Assembly: GCF_009914755.1 (NCBI RefSeq)
Contig: NC_060936.1
Direction: 5' to 3' (one strand)
DNA: 64,000 nucleotides
Source: the human T2T-CHM13v2.0 reference genome, Homo sapiens
Made by a program: the position numbers and the translations under genes. The first letter of the stretch is position 1. The number at the start of each line of letters is the position of its first letter. Positions 27,900 through 40,340 of this stretch are shown here, piece after piece. Under the pieces are notes generated by a model. That model made no database searches, had not been told where the DNA came from, and worked only from the letters and a program-made list of their open reading frames with translations.

Positions 27900-30111
27900 G
27901 TGTAAATGTGTCTCTATGTAGTCTCCTAGAGTGGGTAGTCCTGTTTCTTTTATTAAGCCACTTTCTCTATTCTTGAAATGTGGATGTATTAGTCCGTTTT
28001 TACACTGCTGATAAAGACATACCTGAGACTGGGAAGAAAAAGAGGTTTAATTGGACTCACAGTTCCATATGGCTGGGGAGGCCTCAGAATCATGGCAGGA
28101 GGCGAAAGGCAATTCTTACATGGCAGCAGCAAGAGAAAATGAAAAGATGCAAAAGCGGAAACCCTTGATAAAACCACTAGATCTCGTGAGACTTATTCTC
28201 TACCACAAGAACAGTATGGGGGAAACCACCTCCATGATTCAAATTATCTCCCACCAGGTCCCTCCCACAACACGTGGGAATCATGGGAGTACAATTCAAG
28301 ATGAGATTTGGGTGGAGACACAGCTAAACCTTATCATTCCACCCCTGGCCCCTCCAAATCTCATGTCCTCACATTTCAAAACCAATCATGCCTTCCCAAC
28401 AGTCCCCCAAAGTCTTAACTCATTTCAGCATTAACCCAGAAGTCCACAGTCCAAAGTCTCATCTGAGATGAGGCCAGTCCCTTTTGCCTATGAGCCTGTA
28501 AAATCAAAAGCAAGCTAGTTACTTCCTAGATACAATTGGGGGTACAGGTATTGGGTAAATACAGCTGTTCCAAATGGGAGAAATTGGCCAAAACAAAGGG
28601 GTTATATAGGGCCCATGCAAGTCCGAAATCCAGCGGGGCAGTCAAATTTTAAAGCTCCCAAGTGATCTCCTTTGACTCAAGGCCTCATGTCCATGTCACA
28701 CTGATGCAATAGGTGGGTTCCCATGGTTTTGGGCTGCTCCACCCTTGTGGTTTTGCAGGGTACAGCCTTCTTCCCAGCTGCTTTCACAGGCTGGCATCGT
28801 GTGTCTGTCTTTTCCAAGCGAACAATGCAATTGGTCGGTAGATCTACCATTCTGGGGTCTGGAGGACGGTGGCCCTCTTCTCACAGCTCCACTAGGCATT
28901 GCCCCAGTAGGGATTCTGTCTGAGGGCTCCAACCCCACATTTCCCCTCTACACTGCCCTAGCAGAGGTTCTCCATAAGCGTCCTGCCCCACAGCAAACTT
29001 CTGCCTGGGCATCCCGGCATTTCCTTACATCTTCTTAAATCTAGGCAGAGGTTCCCAAACCCCAGTTCTTGACTTCTGTGCCCTCGCAGGCTCAACACCA
29101 CATGGAATCTGCCAAGTCTTGGAGCTTGCACCCTCTGAAGCCTTGGCCCGAGCTCTACATTGGCCCCTCTCAGCCACAGATGGAGCAGCTGGGACGCAGG
29201 GCACCAAGTCCCTAGACTGCACACAGCATGGGGACCCTGGGCCCAGCTCACAAAATTATTTTCTCCTAGGCCTCTGGGCCTGTGATGGGAGGGGCTGCTA
29301 TGAAGAACTCTGACATGCCCTGGAGACATTTTCCCCATTGTCTTGGAGATTAACATTCGCTCCTGATTCCTTATGCAAATTTCTGCAGCCAGCTTGTATT
29401 TCTCCTCAGAAAATGGGTTTTTCTTTTCTATCACATGGACAGGCTGCAAATTTTCCAAATTTTTACTCTCAGCTTCCCTTATAAAACTGAATGCCTTTAA
29501 CAGCATCCAAGTCACCTCTTGAATGCTTTGCTGCTTAGAAATTTCTTCTGCCAGATACCCTAAATCATCTCTCTCAAGTTCAAAGTTCCACAGATCTCTA
29601 GGGCAAGGGTAAAATGCCACCAGTCTCTTTGCTAAAACGTAGCAAGAGTCACCTTTGCTGCAGTTCCCAACAAGTTCCTCATCTCTGTCTGAGACCACCT
29701 CAGCCTGGACCTTATTGTCCATATCACCATCAGGCCTCTGGTCAAAGCCATTCAACAAGTCTCTAGGAAGCTCCAAACTTTCCCACATTTTCCTGTCTTC
29801 TTCTGAGCCCTCCAAACTGCTCCCATCTCTGCCTGTTATCAAATTCCAAAGTTGCTTCCATGTTTTCAGGTATCTTTTCAGCAATGCCCCACTCTACTGG
29901 TGCCAATTTACTGTATTAGTCCGTTTTCATGCTGCTGATAAAGACATACCCAAGACTGGGAAGAAAAAGAGGTTTAATTTGACTTACAGTTCCACATGGC
30001 TGAGGAGGCCTCACGATCATGGCGGGAGGCAAAAGGCACTCTTTTTTTTTTTTTTTTTTTTGAGACAGAATCTTGCACTGTCGCCCAAGCTGCAGTGCAG
30101 TGGTGTGATCT

Positions 30112-30271
30112 TGTTGGGAGCAGGCCCCCCAAAATCTGGCCATAAACTGGCCCCAAAACTGGCCATAAACAAAATCTCTGCAGCACTGTGACATGTTCAT
30201 GATGGCAATAAAGCCCATGCTGGATGGTTGTGGGTTTACCGGAATGAGGGCAAGGAACACCTGGCCCACCC
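30112..30271 (+). repeat. Inverted copy of the first 160 nt of MER9 U3, pairing with 30641-30800
   Basis: Manual alignment gives 152/160 identity, no indels, and an outer 80 bp that is perfectly complementary. Confidence 0.95.
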
Positions 30272-30285
30272 CACATTGGGCACCA
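30268..30285 (-). promoter_or_regulatory. Retroviral primer-binding site for tRNA-Lys(CTT)
   Basis: Minus strand TGGTGCCCAATGTGGGGT versus expected TGGCGCCCAACGTGGGGC; the three differences are CpG-type C>T changes. Confidence 0.88.
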
Positions 30286-30287
30286 CT

Positions 30288-30800
30288 TGCCGAGACCAGC
30301 TCGGTCGGGGAGACCCTAACCCAGCGGTGCTAGAGGAATTAAAGACATACACACAGAAATATAGAAGTGTGAAGTGGGAAATCAGGGGTCTCATAGCCTT
30401 CAGAGCTGAGAGCCCCAAACAGAGATTTACCCATGTATTTATTAACAGCAAGCCAGTCATTAGCGTTGTTTCTATAGATATTAAATTAACTAAAAGTATC
30501 CCTTATGGGAAATGAAGGGATGGGCCGAATTAAAGGAATAGGTTGGGCTAGTTAACTGCAGCAGCAGCATGTCCTTAAGGCACAGATTGCTCATGCTATT
30601 GTTTGTGGTTTAAGAATGCCTTTAAGCGGTTTTCCACCCTGGGCGGGCCAGGTGTTCCTTGCTCTCATTCCCGTAAACCCACAACCTTCCAGCTTGGGCT
30701 TTATGGCCATCATAAACATCTCACAGTGCTGCAGAGATTTTGTTTATGGCCAGTTTTGGGGCCAGTTTATGGCCAGATTTTGGGGGGCCTGCTCCCAACA
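30288..30800 (-). mobile_element. MER9 LTR (HERV-K9/HML-3), full length, 513 bp
   Basis: Minus strand reads tgttgggagcaggccccccaaaatctggcc...gagctggtctcggca, followed by ag and a tRNA-Lys primer-binding site. Confidence 0.92.
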
Positions 30801-31599
30801 GATCTCGGCCTGCTGCAACCTCCACCTGCTGGGATCAAGTGATTCTCCTGCCTCAGCTTCCTGAGTAGCTGGGGTTACAGGCACCCGCTACCACGCCTGG
30901 CTAATTTTTCATATTTTTAGTAGAGATGGGGTTTCTCTATGTTGGCCAGGCTGGTCTTGAACTCCTAACCTCGTGATCCACCCACCTCGGCCTCCCAAAG
31001 TGCTGGGATTACAGGCATGAGCCACTGGGCCTGGCTGGCACTTCTTACATGGCAGCAGCAAGAGAAAATGAAAAGATGCAAAAGCAGAAACCCCTGATAA
31101 AACCATCAGATCTCAGGAGACTTATTCACTACTATGAGAACAGTATGGGGGAAACCGCCCCCATGATTCAAATTATCTTCCACCTGGTCATTCCCACAAC
31201 GTGGGAATTATGAGAGTACAATTCAAGATGAGATTTGGGTGGGGACACAGCCAAACCATATCAGTGGATATCTCTTCTCTACATATTACCTCTATGATTT
31301 GGAAGAGGCCACTTTTCTTTTTGTTCCACCTCCCAGATTCAACACTGAGAGCTCCTAGGATTGCAGTTATCCTGCCAATTTCTCCAGGGAAGAAAGAAGC
31401 AGCTGACATGGGTCTTCTGCTACTACTTAATTAATTATAAAGAAACTATTTTTTAAGCTGAAGCTGATGTTTCACTTGAAACAGGTGCTTAGCTGGTGGT
31501 ATTTGTGAATTCTTGACTTTTTGTTCCAAACAAGAAGACTAAATAAATAGCAAGTATGGATGAGAAAAAAAATCATTCCCTTGAGCTTCAGAAGCACAT

Positions 31600-32490
31600 A
31601 TCCTTGCCTATATGATGCCTCCATTTGGAGGTACCAAAGCACCTCAGACTCAGCATGTTCAAAAGTAGTCGTCATCTTAATCTGAACACTCTGCATCACA
31701 TCTTATTCCTTGTCTCGGTGAATTTCACTACCTTTCATCCCTTTGCTCATGATTTGGGTGTCTTCCTTGATTTTTCTTATATCTTACCTTCCTCTTTTAG
31801 TCAGTCAACAAAACTGTCCAGTACATCATCCCTGCTGCTGCTGCCTGGCTTAGGCTGTCATCTCTCAGTGGAATTGCTACAATAGTCTTCTTCCTGGTCT
31901 TCCTCACTCTGATCTTATTCCTCCCTCGTCTCATTCTATACACTATAGCTAGAATAACCTTCCTAAAATGTAACTTTGATCAAATCATTTTCTACTTTGA
32001 AGCTTTCATTATCTCCTTATTGCCTTCAGAATAAAAGCAAAACTCCTTCCCATGAGAGCAGGGCTTTGCGTTCCTGATGTGGTACTTGATTACCTGTTAG
32101 CTGATTTTCTGAAATCCACTTACACTGAACTGCTTGCAGTACCCAAGTGGCTTGATCTCTCTTGTCTGTAGTCTCTTAAATATGCTATTTCTTCTTCCTG
32201 CAAAGCTCTACCCATTTTCTTCCCATAACCCACCCTACCAGCCCATCTGTGGGCTTTAGCTAAGATGTTACTTTCTCCAGGAAGCTTTCCTTGATCTCTC
32301 CAAACTTGGTTAGATGTCTTGCTTGTATATTCTGTAAAAGCCTGTTTTACTTTATTGGAAGATTTACCATACTGTACTTTGCCTGTTTACCTGTCTACTA
32401 CCTCAGAAGACTATAAGGTCCTTTGAAGGCAGGAGTGAGCTATTATTCATCAGAGTATCATTTATGGCATATGTTGGGGGGCATAGTAAA
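31600..32490 (+). mobile_element. L2 3' region
   Basis: ctccatttggaggtaccaaagcacctcagactcagcatgttcaaaa...gactataaggtcctttgaaggcagg. Confidence 0.7.
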
Positions 32491-32502
32491 TTTTTTTCTC
32501 TC

Positions 32503-34187
<1,685 letters not shown>

Positions 34188-34199
34188 TGAGACAAGATC

Positions 34200-34345
34200 T
34201 TTTTAATTTTCCCCTTAAATCTTTTGTAGATATGGGGTCTCACTATAGTTGACCAGGCTGGCCTTGAACACCTGGCCTCAAGCAGTCTTCCTGCTTTGGC
34301 CTCCCAAAATGCTGAGATTGCAAGTGTGAGCCACTGCACCCAGCC
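34200..34345 (-). mobile_element. FLAM_C / Alu left monomer
   Basis: Single arm. TSD tgagacaaga(t/c)ctt. Confidence 0.8.
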
Positions 34346-34419
34346 TGAGACAAGACCTTAGTGCTACTTGCTACCTTTTATTTGATCTTCCTTCCAACAT
34401 ATTTTTTTGTGTGTTCTAG

Positions 34420-34744
<325 letters not shown>

Positions 34745-34905
34745 TGGAGTGTTTGCTTTAACAGCCCCTCCTAGATGACTTCTCTTCCTTTCATTCCTGT
34801 TATAACCGCATTTCAATACTGGTTTTCTTTTCCTCTTTCATGCCGTATCCCTTAATTTGGATTCTACTTTGTTTGTTTTCAGGCCACAGTTGGCATTTTA
34901 AGGTC

Positions 34906-35204
34906 TTTTTTTTTTTCTTTTTTAGAGACAGGTTTAGACACAAGAGTTGTGTCACCCAGGCTGTAGTGCAGTGGCACCATCATGGTTCACTGTAGCTTCT
35001 AACTCCTGGGCTCAAGTGATCCTCCCATCTCAGCCTCCCCAGCAGCTGGGACCACCAGGGGGACCCAGATAAATTTTTTTACTTTTTGTAGAGATGGTAT
35101 CTTCCTATGTTGCCCAGGCTGGTATCAAACTTCTGGCCTCAAGCGATCTTCCCATCTAAGCCTCCCAAAGCACTAGGATTACAGGCATGAGTCACTGTGG
35201 CTGG
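34906..35204 (-). mobile_element. AluJ
   Basis: Antisense dimer. TSD gcattttaaggtcttt. Confidence 0.88.
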
Positions 35205-35764
35205 TTGCATTTTAAGGTCTTAATCCTCCTGGACAACCAAAAGAAGAGAGCTCTACCCATTTGTTTGTCTGTATCTTTGAGTCTAGTTCAATCTCTTTTA
35301 GAACTGCCAGAGCCAAAAGTTGCTTTTGTTGTTGCTTTATCATCTGGGCTGCCTGTGTCATCTTTAGCACTGCAGGAAGATGCACAATGATATAGTAGTG
35401 GTATGATGGACAAGGTCATTGACTTAGAGATTGGGTGTTTTAGTGAAAAGAACATTATATTGGAAGCCAAGAAATGTGGGTCATAGCTTTGCATCTGTCA
35501 CTAATTGGCAGTTAGACAATTCAGCCTCTCTTATATAACTTATGGATGAAGCAAATTGAACTAGGTGGTCTCTAAGTTCCTTCTAAATCTAACAAGTTTG
35601 TTACTGTGCAAGATGACTTCCTCAGAAACAGAAGACATTTAAGCTTGTTTTAATGGATGAATAGAACTTAGGTAAGAAAGAAAGATGTCAGGAGGTTTAA
35701 AATAAGGAAATGAAAATATTTTTAGGAGTCAGTGAAAGTAACAGTGACCAGACATTTTATTAAG

Positions 35765-38700
35765 TGATGCTGGGTCAATTATATAACCACAGGAAAAAAA
35801 TGAACCTTGTCCTCCACTTCACACCATATGTAAAAATCAGTTCATATGGTTTTCAAAACTAAATGAGAAAGGTAAAATAATAAAGATTGTAAAACAAAGG
35901 AGAATACCTACATGGCCTTGGAATAGGCACAGATTTCCTAGAATAAAAAAGTACTAACATGAAGGAAAAGACTGATAGATTGGATTTCAATTAAATTAAG
36001 AACTACAGTTTATCAAATGACACCATTAAGACAGGTGAAAGAGAGGAAATATTTGAAATATTATATCTGACAAATGACTTCAATGGAGAATACACAAAGA
36101 ACTCCTACAAACTAGTAAGAAAAATGCAGTTTAACCCAATAGGAAAAAGTGAGCAAAGACTTAAATCAGCACTTCACAAAGGAGGATGTCTAAATGGCCA
36201 ATCAACCTTTGAGAAAGTGCTCAGTATCATCAGACAAATACAAATTTAGACAAGAGTGAGCCAACAAACATGAGAAAATGCATCAGTATCATTAGGGAAG
36301 TGCAAATCAAAACCACAGTGAGGTACCACTTTACACCCATTAGGATGGCAGCAATTAAAAAAAAAAGGTAAGAAAAAGGAAAGTAACAAGTGTTGGCAAG
36401 GATATGGAGAAATTGTAACCTTCTTATATTGCTGTTGGGAATACAAAATGGTTCAGCCACAAAATGCAAAATAGTTCAGGAAAACAGTTTGGCAGTTCCT
36501 CAAAAAAGTTAAATGTAGAATTACCAATTCCACTCCTAGGTATAGACTCAAAGGAATTGAAAATAGGTACTAAAATAAGTACATGTGTGTGCACTGTTCA
36601 TAGTAGTCGAAAGGTAGAAAGAATTCAATGTCCATCAACAGATGAATGTGTAAACAAATTGTGGTATATACATTTCTGGGATATATATTTTGGGGTTTTT
36701 TTGGTTTTATTGTTATTTTTAATTGGCACATAATATGTGATACAGTGTGATATTTTGATACATGTATACAATGTGTGTAATGATCAAATTAGGGTAATTG
36801 GCATATCCATCTCAAATATTTATCATTTCTTTGTATTAGGAACATTCAAAATCCACTTTTCTAGCAATTTAATCCACTCTTCAAAATCCACTTTTCTAGC
36901 GTTTCCCTGATGATAAGTGATGAGCATTTTTACATATACGTTTTGGCCATTTATATGTCTTGTTTTGAGAGATGCCTATTCAGTTCATTTGCCTATGTTT
37001 TAATTGAATTATTTAGTCTTTTGCTGTTGTTTGAGTTCCTTATATATTCTGGATATTAATCCCTTGTCAGAGGAATAGTTCACAAATATTTTCTCCCATT
37101 CTACTGGTTGTCTCTTCACTCTGCTGATTGTTTCCTTTGCTGTGCAGAAGCTTTTTAGTTTGATATAATCCCATTTGTCTATTTTTGCCTGTGTTGCCTG
37201 TGCTTTTGAGGTCTTCTCCATAAAATCTTTGCCCAGACCAATGTCCTGAAGTGTTTCTCCTATGTTTTCTTCTAGTAGTTTCATACTTACATGTAAGTCT
37301 TTAATTCATTTTGAGTTGATTTTTGTATGTGGTGAGAGATAGGGTTCCAGTTTCATTCTTCTGCATATGGTTATCCAGTTTTCCCGGCACCATTTATTGA
37401 AGAAATTATCCCTCCCCAATGAATGTTCTTGGTGCCTTTGTCAAAATTCAGTTGGCTATTAATATGTGGATTTAATTCTGTGTTCTCTATTCTTTTCCAT
37501 TGGTCTGTGTGTCTTTTTATGCTAATACCATGTTGTTCTGGATACTGTATCTTTGTAGTATATTTTGAAATCCAATAGTGTGATAACTCCAGCTTTGTTC
37601 CTTTTGCTCAGGATTACTTTGGCTTTTCAAGGTCTTTTGTGGTTCCATAGAAATTTTAGGATTGTTTTTTCTATTTCTGTGAATAATTTCATTGGTATTT
37701 TGATAAGGATTGTATTGAACCTGTAGATGGCTTTTGGTAGTATGGTTATTTTCACAATATTAATTCTTGCAGTTCATGAACATGGGATGTCTTTCCACTT
37801 TTTTTCGTGATCTTTGATTTTTCATCAGTGTTTTAGTTTTCCTGGGGAGATCTTTCACCTTCCTGGTTAAATTTATTCCTAGGTCTTACTATTTTTTTGG
37901 TGGCTATTATAATTGGGATTGCTTTCTTGATATCTTTTTCTGCTAGTTTGTTGTGGATGTGTAGAAATGCTACTGATTTTTGTACGTTGATTCTGTACCC
38001 TGCATGAAATACCATAGAAAGGAATGAAGTACTGATACATGCTACATTATGGATGAGCCTTGAGAACACTATGCTAAGTGAAAGAAGTCAGACACAAAGG
38101 CTCACATATTGTGTGAGTCCATTTATATGAAACATCTAGAATAGATAAATCAGTAGAGAGAGAATGAAGACTGATAGTTACTAGGAGCTGATGGCAAAGG
38201 GTGGAGGCTGAAGGTTGGGAATGGAGAGAAACTGCTTATGTTTTAGAACTAGATAACTGGTAGTGTGAATGTACTAATTGCCACTGAATTGTTCACCTTA
38301 AAGTGGTTAATTTTATGTTATGTAAATTTCATCCCAATAAATTACTTTTTTAAAAAATACGAGATGCTGCTATACCCACCAGAGTGGGTAAAATTCAGAA
38401 GACTGTCATTCCAAGTGTTGATGAGGATTTGGAACAACTGGAACCCTCTTATATTGCTGGTAGGAATATTACTAAAGCTAAATATCTGCCATTCTCTGAC
38501 CCAGCATTCCACTCCTAGCTATATGCCAAAAAGAAATAAAGGTATGGCTACCAAAAGACACCTACAAGAAGGCTCTTAGCAGCTTTTATTCATAATAGCT
38601 TAAAACTATAAACAACTTAGATGCCCATCAAGGTAGAATGGATAAATTGTACTACATTCATACATGGAATACTATGCAGAATGAACTACTGCTACACATA

Positions 38701-39010
38701 TAAGAAGATGAATTTCACAGAAATAGTGTTGGGTGAAAGAAGCCAGAACCCAAAGAGTATGTTTATAGTCTACTTATATGAGGTTCAGGTAGAAGCAAAA
38801 CTAATATATGGTGATAACTGTCAGAATAGCTTTTGCTAGGGGTGGTTATTGATGGCTCATGAGAGCTGTCTGGGATGCTGAAAGTAAATTTTCTACATCT
38901 TGATTTCAGTGGTGGTTACACAGGCACATACATATGTACAAAATAAGCTGTGCACTTAAGGTTTGCATACTTTATTGCTTTATTGTATTATACCTTCAAA
39001 AAATTTAAAA
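35765..39010 (+). mobile_element. Nested L1 cluster: old L1ME/MC (+) containing an L1MB (+, ~36265-38352) containing an L1MA (-)
   Basis: The L1 ORF2-end motif (aatggccaa...tgctcagtatcatcag) occurs twice in succession, and two separate 3' termini appear at ~38350 and ~39005. Confidence 0.7.
36695..38004 (-). mobile_element. L1MA-type element with an internal deletion at ~36900
   Basis: L1MA 3' UTR (gatacatgtatacaatgtg...aatgatcaaattagggtaatt). ORF 37009-37284 is ORF2p ([19 protein letters not shown]). Confidence 0.85.
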
Positions 39011-39099
39011 CTCAGAATACAGTTACCAGCGCAGGTGTTCTTGCAGAGAAGCCATAGAAGAGAATGTTTATGATGCATACGGTTGTAGAATGCCTTGAG

Positions 39100-39910
39100 T
39101 GGCAGTGAAATGGCAGAAATTTGGAATCTGTCCTATAACTGGTAAGTTTGAGGGAGGGAAATGACTTAATGAAAGCAGATTTTTAGGGAAATGGATCCTT
39201 GGAAATATGCCTGGTGGACTGAGGGCTGGTCCACTAGTGGGGAGACTACTGCAGTAGGACCTGAATTAGGGCAATACTATTGAAAATGGAAGCTCTTAAG
39301 GAAGAGCAATTGGAAAGGCTGATGACTGGTTGGGTATGGATAGCAAAAGGGGACTTGGCAGAGATAACTGAGATTCCATGCTGGATGGCTGGTCCAGAAA
39401 TAAGAAAGCCAGGAAGAAGAATCAGTTTTGGAGTAAGATGAATAGTTTTTAAATGCTTTAGTTTGAAAGTCATAGCAGGCCACTAGAGACAGCTGTGGGA
39501 CTCAGGAGAACAATCAGGGCCAGTGAGAGAAATCTGAAAATTACCAATGTACAAATTATTTTGAATAAATGAGATCCCTAAAAGACTGTAACAGAGAAAT
39601 TTCAGAAGGCCAGCCCTTAGAGAAGGAAGAGTTGATGAGGAAGAGGAGACTGCAGCTGTAGTTCAACCAGGATAACATAGTGTCACTTAAGCCAAACAAA
39701 GAGAGTGGGGGTGGAGATGTAAAGGGAGAAGATACAGGAAAAGGTACAATTGAAGATGGGATGAAGAGCAGGGGTAATCGAGAGGACACAGTCTTGGAGA
39801 AGACAGGAAGAAACAGGATCTGAAAGCAAAGACAGAGAACTTAGCCCTGGGCTGCTGTGAAGAACCCAGGTGCCTGCAATTAGATCACAAGAATTTGTCA
39901 GCATCTTCAG
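39100..39910 (-). mobile_element. L2 fragment
   Basis: Degenerate antisense L2 motifs (gacttaatgaaagcagattttagg, atcagttttggagtaagatg). Confidence 0.55.
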
Positions 39911-40164
39911 TGACTTACTCTTGCAGTGTTCTTTGTCCTCTGCGTAGGAACAGAGAGTGACCTAGGATTGAGAATGAGTGTGAATGTAGGAGCCAAGGAG
40001 TCTTCATGCATTTGGTCTCATTATGGGTTTCAGGCATAATCTTATTCACTGTGAAAGGGATACAAAAGAAGTTTAAGACCTCTGGGAATTTATTCTCTAA
40101 AAGGTACAATTCAGCAATGATTAAGTGCCAAAACAAGTTTATTTAGTGTGTTTCAAATCTTCTT

Positions 40165-40340
40165 CTGGCTCTATAACTTTGGGCAAGCTACATTAGTTTT
40201 CTCTGACTCTGTTTCTTTATCTGTTAAGTGGTGATAATAATATCTGCCTCATATGCTGCTCTGGAGATTGAACGAGTTAATACCAGCAAGGTGCTTGGAA
40301 TAATGCTTGAAACATAGTATGTGATAAATGTTAGCTAAGG
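40165..40340 (+). mobile_element. MIR
   Basis: aactttgggcaagctac...ctgtttctttatctgttaagtggtgataataatatctgcctcata. Confidence 0.75.

Larger units (their letters stand above)
30042..31036 (-). mobile_element. AluS (AluSg-like) inserted in the THE1 5' LTR and itself split by the MER9 insertion
   Basis: Alu halves at 30042-30111 and 30801-31036. TSD ggcact(t)ctt. Confidence 0.92.
27985..31263 (-). mobile_element. Complete THE1 (THE1A-like, ERVL-MaLR) provirus: 3' LTR 27985-28336, internal 28337-29911, interrupted 5' LTR 29912-31263
   Basis: Two LTRs (tgtattagtccg...aaccatatca). Polypurine tract next to the left LTR. MaLR internal ORF (MWESLELPRDLLNGFDQ...). 5-bp TSD gtgga at 27980-27984 and 31264-31268. 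Confidence 0.95.
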
